From: a bacterium
GTDB taxonomy: Bacteria > Sysuimicrobiota > Sysuimicrobiia > Sysuimicrobiales > Humicultoraceae
Length of the DNA stretch: 64,000 bases
Direction of reading: 5' to 3'
Assembly: GCA_031082185.1 (NCBI GenBank)
Contig: JAVHLI010000001.1
Coordinates: 199,127 to 263,126, forward strand
Shown: positions 8,095 to 15,694 of the stretch, piece after piece
How the letters are laid out: every line of letters begins with the position of its first letter
How positions within the stretch are numbered: position 1 is the stretch's first letter
Translations under genes and position numbers: made by a program
Notes under the pieces: model-generated
What the model saw: only the letters and a program-made list of their open reading frames with translations
Database searches by the model: none
What the model was told of the DNA's origin: nothing

Positions 8095-8137
8095 CCAAGC
8101 GCCGTTCGGCAAAGCAAGGCTTGCTTTACATGCTTGG
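8095..8137. promoter_or_regulatory. imperfect palindrome in divergent promoter region (candidate VapB operator)
   Basis: Sequence ccaagc..ggcAAAGCAAggcTTGCTTTacat.gcttgg. A 7-bp inverted repeat with a 3-nt spacer, nested in an outer ccaagc/gcttgg repeat. Lies between divergent vapB and the 8215 antitoxin gene. Confidence 0.35.
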
Positions 8138-8214
8138 TGGCCCCCGCATTCGCAGCGTGCCATATCTGTGCAAAATGTACATCTTGTGCTATCATGCCTG
8201 TGAGGTGATCGGAC

Positions 8215-8637
8215 GTGCTGGTCCCCACGAGGTTCTCAGAAGCCCGCAGCCGGTTCAGCCGGTTGTTCGATGAGGCCGTGGAAGAGCTGCGGCCGGTGTT
8301 GGTCCGCCGAGGAGCCCGACAAGAAGCGGTGCTCGTGAGCCGCGAGAATCTCGATGCGCTTCTGCAGTCGTTCACCCTGCGGCCCCAGGTCCTGCACGAA
8401 GAAGATGGCTCGGTGACGATAACGGTGGACGAATTGGACTGGGCCGTCAACGCTGCGTCAGTTGAGGAGGCAGTGAGCGCCCTCGTCTCCGACCTGCGCC
8501 AGTACGCGGAGGACTATCTTGAGCGGGCATCGCTGTTTCTACGCGCGCCCAACCGCCGTTCTCATTTCCCCCATGTGCTCAAGATTGTGCTCGCTCGCGA
8601 TGAAGAAGAGGTCCGCCACGGGCTGCTGGGCCTGTAG
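8215..8637 (+). CDS. antitoxin: Phd/YefM-like N-terminus with HicB-like (UPF0150-like) C-terminal extension
   Basis: VPTRFSEARSRFSRLFDEAVEELRPVLVRRGARQEAVLVSRENLDALLQ (Phd pattern), then ..DGSVTITVDELDWAVNAASVEEAVSALVSDLRQYAEDYLE. Confidence 0.45.
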   Translation: MLVPTRFSEARSRFSRLFDEAVEELRPVLVRRGARQEAVLVSRENLDALLQSFTLRPQVLHEEDGSVTITVDELDWAVNAASVEEAVSALVSDLRQYAEDYLERASLFLRAPNRRSHFPHVLKIVLARDEEEVRHGLLGL

Positions 8638-8864
8638 TGCCTCCCACGTTTCGTGACCTCAAGCGGTTCTGCGAGCGCGATCGTTGGGCGCTCATCCGGT
8701 CAACGGACCATTGGTACTACGAGAAAGTGCTCCCGGACGGCCGCATACTCCGCACCAAGGTGAGCCGCGCGCTCCACCGGGAGATTCCCGGGCATCTGTG
8801 GAAGAGCATCCTCAAGCATCAAATCCAGATCCTCGAAGAGGAGTTCTGGAGGAAGATCCGGTAG
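8637..8864 (+). CDS. hicA: HicA/YcfA-family mRNA-interferase toxin
   Basis: 75 aa. ..RDRWALIRSTDHWYYEKVLPDGRILRTKVS....IPGHLWKSILKHQIQI. Fits the HicA G.H..y ... tvP.H ... IlKq pattern. Start overlaps the upstream stop. Confidence 0.5.
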   Translation: MPPTFRDLKRFCERDRWALIRSTDHWYYEKVLPDGRILRTKVSRALHREIPGHLWKSILKHQIQILEEEFWRKIR

Positions 8865-8987
8865 CCTCAACCCCCGCCTCGTAGAGTACGAGGCTCCTCT
8901 TCTCATCAGCCTTCACGCTGCCGGGCGCAGGACATCCTGCTCGGCCAGCCGCGCCAGGACCCTGGTGAGGTCTTTGCGGCTCGAGTA

Positions 8988-10358
8988 CTAAGTGAAGCTG
9001 CGCAGACCGAGGCGCAGGACGCGGCGTCGCTCGGCGCTTGCCGACCACTGGAGGAGGATCGGACTCTGGTAGCGCCCCTGGACGAGGGCCCCGCGCCCGG
9101 GCTCGGCGTGGTCGGAGACCAGAAAGGTCGCCGAGCGCTTGAGGCGGAGGAAGCGCGCCGCGGGCACCGCCATGAACCTGGCGAGGAGGCGCTCGACCGC
9201 CGACTCGCTGATGCGCAGCGCGTCCATGAGCTGGTTGACAATGTGGACCACGTCGTACATGGCGTACCCAAGGCTCTTGGCCGGGATGGCGCGGGGGTCG
9301 GCGAGGGCGCGCTTGCCGGCGCGCATCGCGAACTTGAGCGGGTCGCGCAGGACCTCGGCCAGGTCGTGCCGCATCAGGAGCGTCTCGTGCTCGTTGACCG
9401 TGAGCCCCGCGTTGTGCTCCTCAGGGTCGAGGGTGATGTCCACCCGCCCCTTGGCGACCCCGTGGCGGGCGACGAGATCCTCGATGAACGGGACCAGCCC
9501 GACCCGGGGGTCGGCGAGGTTGATCGAGTCGATGGGATGGCGGGAAACCGGTACCGCGAAGCGGGTCTCCGTGACGGTCTCCTCGTCGTCGTAGGCCAGG
9601 ACCGTGGTGTGCCGGGTGCGCGCGGTGTCGCCGTTGACCCCGTCCAGATCCATGAAGTAGACGGGCTCGCCGGGGCGGTTGATGTAGGTCACGCAGTTGA
9701 GCAGCCCGGAGCCGATGAAGGCGAGGTGGGAGTCGGCGTTCCTGGGCTCCACGCGGCGCTGCTCCTCGGAGAGTTCGGTGCGCAGGTCGAGTCGGTCGTG
9801 GCGGTAGTCGGCGTCGGGCGGGAACAGCGCCCGGAACGCCGCGATGAACGGGTCGAGTTGCTCGCGGCGGTGCTGCAGTCGCCTCGACAGGCTCTGCTCC
9901 AGGTAGCCCGCGGTGGTGTGATAGGAGCAGTACAGGGCCCGGCGGTAGGGCGTGAGGGCATCGCCGTGCGCCTGGCGCACCCTCTCGGTGACGTCGATGG
10001 CGTCGTAGCGAGTGCGCGGCCGCAGCGTGAGGTCGAGCTGGAGCGGGGCCGTGCGGCCCCGCCCACGCCGGCGGCGCACCTCACCGGTCTGACTCACCCC
10101 GACCTCCCCTCGGTCCCCGGCCTCGTGCCCCGGCCAAGCCCCCGCGGCGGCCGGAAGGCGCCCCGGGAGTGGATGTCGCGACTCGAGCGCAGCTTTCCCC
10201 CGCGTGCAAACGATAGACGGAGTCGGGCCGAAAGTCAAAGGCGTGCGGCCGAGGCGATGCTGGCAGTACTGCGCGAGGATGGCGACCCACTGGCACCGGA
10301 AGACGCTACCGCTGGCTATTCGGGGCAGATTCGCCTGAGACTCCCAAGGTCGCTGCAC
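8988..10358 (-). CDS. hypothetical fusion protein: YjbQ/UPF0047-like domain + unknown C-terminal (HTH-like) domain. True start probably internal.
   Basis: PLQLDLTLRPRTRYDAIDVTERV..YCSYHTTAGYL...NADSHLAFIGSGLL..YFMDLDGVNGDTARTRHTTVL echoes YjbQ motifs (HTTAG, D..SH....G..L). The C-terminal ~200 aa (..LRISESAVERLLARFM..) is unassigned. The N-terminal ~90 codons of the ORF abut the IS481 end and are probably non-coding. Confidence 0.4.
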   Translation of the reverse strand: MQRPWESQANLPRIASGSVFRCQWVAILAQYCQHRLGRTPLTFGPTPSIVCTRGKAALESRHPLPGRLPAAAGAWPGHEAGDRGEVGVSQTGEVRRRRGRGRTAPLQLDLTLRPRTRYDAIDVTERVRQAHGDALTPYRRALYCSYHTTAGYLEQSLSRRLQHRREQLDPFIAAFRALFPPDADYRHDRLDLRTELSEEQRRVEPRNADSHLAFIGSGLLNCVTYINRPGEPVYFMDLDGVNGDTARTRHTTVLAYDDEETVTETRFAVPVSRHPIDSINLADPRVGLVPFIEDLVARHGVAKGRVDITLDPEEHNAGLTVNEHETLLMRHDLAEVLRDPLKFAMRAGKRALADPRAIPAKSLGYAMYDVVHIVNQLMDALRISESAVERLLARFMAVPAARFLRLKRSATFLVSDHAEPGRGALVQGRYQSPILLQWSASAERRRVLRLGLRSFT

Positions 10359-10399
10359 GAGCGGGGGTGCAGCAGCGCCAGGTCGGGCTGAGGCTCGGG

Positions 10400-11798
10400 T
10401 GTACTGGTCCAGTAGATGCGAAACACTTTCCTCCTCTCATTGGCCGTGGTGTTGGGTTTGCCACTGGGTTAGGTACTCCTGCGGGGTCCGGTAGCCCAGA
10501 GCTTGGTGGGGCCGGACGGTGTTGTAGGTCCGCTCCCATTCTTGGAGCAGGGCGTTGTGCTCCGCCAGCGGGTCTGGCACTTCTACCAGGTCATAAAACT
10601 CTTCCTGGTGCGTCCGCTGCGCCCGCTCCACGTGCCCGTTCAGCTTCGGGCTCCGCGGCGGCAACACGAACAGCCGAATCCCCATCCGCTCGCAGGCCGC
10701 CTCGAACACCGCCTTGAACTCACTGCCCCCGTCGATCTGAATCGCCCGCACCGGGAACCCAAACCTGGGAAACGCCTCCCGGAGCACCCGCTCCGCTGCC
10801 CGGCTGCTCCCTCGATCATGCGCCGCGACCACGCCCTTACGGCTCACCACATCGCAAGCGCTGAAGTGCACCCGCCTCAGCCCCGGCCGCACCTCTACCG
10901 GCGTCGTATCGATCTGCACCAGATCCCCGGGGGAGTGCACCACGTACTCCCAGGGCTTCCGCTGCGCGTAGCGACGCCTCTGGCGCCTCCGGTGACGCTT
11001 GGCCTGCGCCGCCCGCACCACCGCCGGTTCCCGCAGCTGCCCCAACGCCCGCAAGCGTCTCAGCGTCCGTCCCACCGTCGAGGCTGAGACCTTCCATCCC
11101 TCCCGAGCCAGCAGCACCGCCAGCTTTACCTTCCCCCACCGCGGATATGCCTCCCGCAGCGCCCGGATCCGCCCCACCAGCAGGACCGAGGTCTGCGGCT
11201 GCCTCACACGCCGGGGCCGCCGCGTGCGACGATCATCCTCCAAACTGCTCAGCCGCCGGGGATTGTAGCGCTTCCTCCACCGGTAGAACGTCGCCGAGCT
11301 GATCCCAAAGCGCCGGCAGGTCAGCCGCGCGTTGGGCCCATGCGCCTCGTAGAACTCCATCCACCGCAACCGCTGCCGCGCCTCGCGGGTCAGCGGCGCC
11401 GACATCCGAATCCGTAACCTCTGGGGAAGCAGGCTCTGCTCGATCATCATGCGGCCAGTATAGCCGCCTCCAAGGGGCCGGAAGCCCCCCTTCAACCGGT
11501 ACGGCATCCTCAGTCAGGGTGTTTCGGATCTATCTGAACCAGGGCATGCGCTCCGCGCGGACAGAGCGAAGGGTTAGCGTGCTGCCGCAGCACCTCGGCT
11601 CGGCACGCACGGCCTCCTTGACCACACGCCCACGGATGCGCGGGTCGACCGCCCGGCAGCGCTCGAGTTGGGATGGGTGAATCTGCAGCCTGATCTCCTG
11701 AAGCCGCCACCACATCGTAGCCGAGTTTCTGGAGCGCGTCCGCGACCGCGCGTTCACCTCCAGGAAGGAAAGTGTTTCGTATCTACTGGACCAGTACA
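10400..11798 (-). mobile_element. IS481-family insertion sequence (~1.4 kb) with 33-bp terminal inverted repeats
   Basis: Left inverted repeat at 10400-10432 is tgtactggtccagtagatgcgaaacactttcct. The right end 11766-11798 is its reverse complement with 1 mismatch. TG...CA termini. Single DDE transposase ORF inside. Confidence 0.8.
10437..11507 (-). CDS. IS481-family DDE transposase (HTH + rve integrase core)
   Basis: ..FGISSATFYRWRKRY.. HTH. Integrase-core motifs DLVQIDTTP...HFSACDVVSRKGV...IQIDGGSEF...NGHVER...RPHQALGYRTP. Confidence 0.85.
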   Translation of the reverse strand: MPYRLKGGFRPLGGGYTGRMMIEQSLLPQRLRIRMSAPLTREARQRLRWMEFYEAHGPNARLTCRRFGISSATFYRWRKRYNPRRLSSLEDDRRTRRPRRVRQPQTSVLLVGRIRALREAYPRWGKVKLAVLLAREGWKVSASTVGRTLRRLRALGQLREPAVVRAAQAKRHRRRQRRRYAQRKPWEYVVHSPGDLVQIDTTPVEVRPGLRRVHFSACDVVSRKGVVAAHDRGSSRAAERVLREAFPRFGFPVRAIQIDGGSEFKAVFEAACERMGIRLFVLPPRSPKLNGHVERAQRTHQEEFYDLVEVPDPLAEHNALLQEWERTYNTVRPHQALGYRTPQEYLTQWQTQHHGQ

Positions 11799-11853
11799 TT
11801 CGCTTGACAACACGGATAGGGTGGCTACAATGGCTACTACGGAGGGTTCCGCC

Positions 11854-12135
11854 ATGGGAAGCGTTGGGGTCAAGGAACTGAAGAACCGCCTCACCCATTA
11901 CCTTCGCAGGACCAAGCAAGGCGAGGAAGTCATCGTCACCGAGCGGGGAAGGCCGATCGCGCTCATCCAGCCGATTCGGTCTGCGGAGCGAATCGTTAGT
12001 CTGGAGGCGCGGCTTGCAAGGCTGGCCGCCCGGGGATTCCTGACCCTCCCTACCCACAAGCCCTTGAGCAGAGTGCGGCCAGTGGAGGCCTCCGGCCCGC
12101 CTGTCTCAAGGATCATCCTGGAAGATCGCCGATGA
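11854..12135 (+). CDS. Phd/YefM-family antitoxin
   Basis: MGSVGVKELKNRLTHYLRRTKQGEEVIVTERGRPIALIQPI. Alternative in-frame ATG at 11830. TACAAT box at 11826-11831 upstream. Confidence 0.65.
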   Translation: MGSVGVKELKNRLTHYLRRTKQGEEVIVTERGRPIALIQPIRSAERIVSLEARLARLAARGFLTLPTHKPLSRVRPVEASGPPVSRIILEDRR

Positions 12136-12581
12136 ACTATCTGGATACCAGCGCGCTCATCAAGCGCTTCGTCGCCGAAAAGGGCTCGCCGCTGGTGAGC
12201 GCCATTGTGACGCGCAAGGGGCCCGTCGCGACGGCCAAGATCGCCTATGCCGAAGTCTATGCAGGGCTGACACGGAAGCGCCGGGATGGCCAGCTCTCCG
12301 AGGGTCGGTACGTCGTGGCGTGCAGGCAGTTCGAGCGCGATTGGCAGGCCTACATTCGGGTGGACTTGTGGGATGAGGTCCTCCTGCTGGCCCGCGACCT
12401 GATTCAACGGCACCCGCTCAGGGGTTTCGACGCCATCCACCTGGCTTCTGCCATGGGCTTGAGGAGTGCGCTCGGCGAAGACATCACTTTTGCTGCGGCA
12501 GACGAGCGGTTGCTCCGGGCGGCTGGAGCCGAGGGCCTCCATGTGCTCGACGTCGAGAAAGCCTCCGGCCTGCACACCTGA
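12132..12581 (+). CDS. vapC: PIN-domain toxin VapC
   Basis: MNYLDTSALIKRFVAEKGS...AYAEVYAGL...FDAIHLASA. 4-nt ATGA overlap with the antitoxin. Confidence 0.7.
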   Translation: MNYLDTSALIKRFVAEKGSPLVSAIVTRKGPVATAKIAYAEVYAGLTRKRRDGQLSEGRYVVACRQFERDWQAYIRVDLWDEVLLLARDLIQRHPLRGFDAIHLASAMGLRSALGEDITFAAADERLLRAAGAEGLHVLDVEKASGLHT

Positions 12582-12651
12582 TCGAGGCTGTTCCTTCCAC
12601 CGCCTCTGAGCGGTCCGGGTCGCCGTGACAACCCATGTGCCGATCTACTCG

Positions 12652-12885
12652 CTATAGAACTCCCTTCGTAGCTCGTCCTCCGCAATGAACCGGCACGCTT
12701 CCCGTGGTGGTTACCCGTCGCAGCTTTACATGACTGCCGCGCTGGGAGTGAACCATGAAGCCAAACCTGGCCAGGATAGCGACGACCTGGTCGCCCGATA
12801 GCCGCCTAAGCCTGGGCAAAGTCAGCGGTGTCCTCACCCTCCAGATGCAGGGTGACAGCCTCCTGAAGGTTCGCAAGGGTTTCAT
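12652..12885 (-). CDS. hicA: HicA-like toxin, possibly degenerate (aberrant C-terminus; true start probably internal TTG/CTG)
   Basis: ..LSGDQVVAILARFGFMVHSQRGSHVKLRR...VPVH fits the HicA G-S-H pattern. Overlaps the hicB end. Confidence 0.4.
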   Translation of the reverse strand: MKPLRTFRRLSPCIWRVRTPLTLPRLRRLSGDQVVAILARFGFMVHSQRGSHVKLRRVTTTGSVPVHCGGRATKGVL

Positions 12886-12988
12886 CCAGCGTTTTCCCCT
12901 GAGTCACCACGGCAATCTCCACGCACTCGGCTACATAGTAGTGCTCGCCTTTTCGCACTACAGCCTTCACATTCTGTTGGAGCCTCAT
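12806..12988 (-). CDS. hicB: HicB-like antitoxin (UPF0150 fold)
   Basis: MRLQQNVKAVVRKGEHYYVAECVEIAVVTQGKTLDETLANLQEAVTLHLE. Start from Met31 of ORF 12806-13078. Confidence 0.55.
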   Translation of the reverse strand: MRLQQNVKAVVRKGEHYYVAECVEIAVVTQGKTLDETLANLQEAVTLHLEGEDTADFAQA

Positions 12989-13495
12989 ACGTTCCCCTCC
13001 TGGCAGCCGGTTGGGAAGTCCTTCACCTTCATGGCGGCCTTCTTGCGGATAAGCCTTCTCCTTGTGAAGCGGTATCATTATCCCACAACCCTGTCGTCTC
13101 GTCTCACATCAGCGGCTGACACCGCGCCCTTGGCCGCCGTAGATCAGAAAGGCGATTGGAGTTGACCCGGTTTCGAGGACACCGGCGCGGACGTATAGGG
13201 GCACCTTCACCTCGCGGTCGGCGTCGGCTGAAATACGCACTCAATATCCTTGAGCAGCCACCGCGCCCAGCAAGGCGTCCGTGGCGCCGATGTTGAGGAC
13301 GATGCCCAGGACGGTGGGTGCCGTCTCCGGGGGTCGCCCGCTTACCGACCTGCGCTGTTCAGTCTTTGGGATGGGTCCAAATCGGTCCCGGTCGTACGCC
13401 ACGGGAACGGAACTGGTTCCCCAGCGTCGATGCGCGCGACGACCATGCGGTGCCCAAGCGGCGCCAGCACTTCGGCGAACTCCCTGGCGAGTGCC

Positions 13496-13876
13496 TCAAG
13501 GTCGGCGAGGTCGGCCTTGGCGAGCCTTACGGCGTCTCCATGCCAGGACCACTACCCATGCGGCCAGGACACCAAGCGCGTTCATGAGGAGATCTACGAG
13601 TTCAGCGCTCCGGTAGGAGATGAACCACTGCGCACCTTCAAGCGCGGCGCCGTAGGTCCAGGCCAGTCCCATGGCGCGGGCGGCCGGCAGTTGGGTCTGG
13701 AGGAGAACTGTCAGAATCCCGCTGGCGGCGATATGACCCCCGGGCCCATCGAGAGGGCGAAGGGAACCAAGCCTGGGTGACGGCACCTGGGGCAGGACCG
13801 CCCCGACGACCATTACGACCATCCAGGCCGCCGTGGCCACCCTCCACCAAAAGGTCCGGGTTGAGCGTAGATGCAC
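13496..13876 (-). CDS. VanZ-like membrane protein
   Basis: Multi-TM protein with C-terminal EGAQWFISYRSAELVDLLMNALGVLAAW, matching the VanZ E..Q.f.pgR....D...N..G pattern. Confidence 0.5.
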   Translation of the reverse strand: MHLRSTRTFWWRVATAAWMVVMVVGAVLPQVPSPRLGSLRPLDGPGGHIAASGILTVLLQTQLPAARAMGLAWTYGAALEGAQWFISYRSAELVDLLMNALGVLAAWVVVLAWRRRKARQGRPRRP

Positions 13877-13902
13877 TGCTTTGGGTCTTCCCTACTTGAG
13901 AC

Positions 13903-14742
13903 TCAGCGTTCCGGTGTCTCCACGTCGAGATCCGCAGGGTAGTCCTGCTCGCCCCGATACTCGATGTTCTTGGAGACAATAGCCCTGAGGACCCGCTTGT
14001 CGTATCCGGCATGCTCCAGGGATCGCAACAGCGACAACGTGTCCTTAGGGAGGCACTTCCCAAAGAACCCACGGCTGTTGCCCCACGAGGCGGTGTGCAT
14101 GGGACCCACGCGGGGGTCCAGCGTCCACAGATCCCGGGTTTCCCAGTACGGCACGCCCCATGCGGCGCACGCCTCCCGCATCTCGTTGGCAAACATGACT
14201 TTCCACGCGATGAACTCGTTCTCGAACGCCTTCACCGCCTCAGCGACGCTGGCCGACGTCACGCGGTACTGCTTCATGGGACCGGCTATGGGGGCATACA
14301 GATCAATCACGCGCTCGCAGTCTGCCGCGTCGCCACCGAAGATGTAGAAGGGGCATTCGATCTCGTCCCGCATGAAGCCGTACGGTACCCAGTAGTGCGG
14401 CTCGCCCACGTACTCGGGGGAGAACACTATCGACTTACCCGTCTCGGCCTTGAGCCTATCGGTTGTCCCGACGGGGATGGTCGAGCGGATCAGGATCGTG
14501 TCGGCCCCGATCCATCCGACGGCCTCTTCAGCAATTGATGTATCGCACGAGCCGTCCGGGCGCATGGGCGTGGGCACGCAGACCGCAACCATAGCACACT
14601 CGTTGATGTCGTTCCGGCTGCTGTGCCCCTTCGGTGGGTCGTAGATGGTCACCTCATACCGACGCCCGAAGAACGCCTCCATCGCCTGCCCGACGCGCCC
14701 ATACCCTACGATGCCGATGCGAGCCATGCTGACCCGAGACAC
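13903..14742 (-). CDS. short UDP-glucose/GDP-mannose dehydrogenase-family protein, copy 2 (native polysaccharide-operon context)
   Basis: 279 aa. Same motifs as 2467-3291 (GIVGYGRVGQA, VCVPTP, GKCLPKD). Downstream of the PglC-like transferase gene. Confidence 0.5.
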   Translation of the reverse strand: MSRVSMARIGIVGYGRVGQAMEAFFGRRYEVTIYDPPKGHSSRNDINECAMVAVCVPTPMRPDGSCDTSIAEEAVGWIGADTILIRSTIPVGTTDRLKAETGKSIVFSPEYVGEPHYWVPYGFMRDEIECPFYIFGGDAADCERVIDLYAPIAGPMKQYRVTSASVAEAVKAFENEFIAWKVMFANEMREACAAWGVPYWETRDLWTLDPRVGPMHTASWGNSRGFFGKCLPKDTLSLLRSLEHAGYDKRVLRAIVSKNIEYRGEQDYPADLDVETPER

Positions 14743-14830
14743 ATTCCACCTCAGATGGGGGTTGTTGGATACCTTCTCTGCTTCGCTGATCGTGATGCTA
14801 CCAGATGTGCTGCTATCGCGTAGGCCTTCC
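13903..14830. repeat. direct repeat copy B (~0.9 kb)
   Basis: Aligns with 2467-3390, including the ~100 bp upstream leader. Confidence 0.7.
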
Positions 14831-14917
14831 GCAGCGTCTTGTTCGTATGCCGTCTTGTGAGCAACTGGGTGTTGTGTCGATCGATGAAGGTCTGGACCGC
14901 CGTGCGCGGCCCGTTGC

Positions 14918-15604
14918 TTATCCCTTAGATGTCCTGTCAGGGGACTCTAATTTGGAAGGCTCCGCGTGCGAGCCCATGAACTCGGGCATCGTCTCATACC
15001 CGGGCGCGCTGACCCCTTCGCGGGATAGTACTTTGGGCAGCGTGGCCAGGACTATCCGGAGGTCGAGGGCCAGCGACCAGTTGTCCACATACCACACGTC
15101 CAGCCGGAACTTCTCCTCCCACGACAGGGCGTTGCGGCCGTTGACCTGCGCCCAGCCTGTCAGGCCGGGCCTGACCTCCAGGCGCCTGGCCTGCTCCGGC
15201 GTGTAACGGGCTACGTACTCGGGAAGCAGCGGCCGCGGGCCGACCAGGCTCATCTCCCCGCGCAGGATGTTTGCGAGCTGCGGCAGCTCGTCGATGCAGG
15301 TGGCCCTGAGGAACCTCCCGAGGGGCGTCAGACGCTCTGCGCTCGCAGTGAGGTCTCCTGCCAGATCTCGCGCCTCGGTCATCGTTCGAAACTTGTAGAG
15401 AATGAAGATCCTGCCCCCGATCCCGGCTCTAGCCTGCCGGAAGAGGACGGGAGGCCCCATGGAAAGCCAAACCGCCAGACCCGCCAGCAGGGCCACAGGG
15501 AGAACAACGATGCCGGCGGTTGCCGCGCAGGCCAGGTCAAACAGGCGCTTGGCGCGCGATCGCGCCGCAGGGGCGACCCTCACATGGCGTCTCGTGGCTC
15601 CCAT
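14918..15604 (-). CDS. polyprenyl-phosphate sugar-phosphate transferase (bacterial sugar transferase, PglC/WbaP C-domain type)
   Basis: LFDLACAATAGIVVLPVALLAGLAVWL TM helix. Motifs GPRP....Y and PGLTGWAQV. Size ~200 aa, as for PglC/WecP-type enzymes. Confidence 0.75.
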   Translation of the reverse strand: MGATRRHVRVAPAARSRAKRLFDLACAATAGIVVLPVALLAGLAVWLSMGPPVLFRQARAGIGGRIFILYKFRTMTEARDLAGDLTASAERLTPLGRFLRATCIDELPQLANILRGEMSLVGPRPLLPEYVARYTPEQARRLEVRPGLTGWAQVNGRNALSWEEKFRLDVWYVDNWSLALDLRIVLATLPKVLSREGVSAPGYETMPEFMGSHAEPSKLESPDRTSKG

Positions 15605-15694
15605 CGGGTTCCCGGCCGTCTTCCAGGCCTTTCGCGCGAGTCCTGCTCCGCGCGCGCACTCATGTTGCGGTGGATGTGGGGCTGTGGGGCGCTG

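Noticed and set aside
9108-10391. 427-aa plus-strand ORF antisense to the YjbQ-like gene
   Set aside because: Low-complexity Arg/Gly/Asp-rich translation typical of antisense frames in high-GC DNA. The sense-strand product has recognisable motifs.
13080-13500. Possible decayed coding fragments between hicB and the VanZ-like gene (e.g. minus-frame ..LAKADLADLEALAREFAEVLAPLGHRMVVARIDAGEPVPFPW..)
   Set aside because: Frames are short and interrupted. No family could be assigned. Probably further remnants, but the evidence is too thin to annotate.
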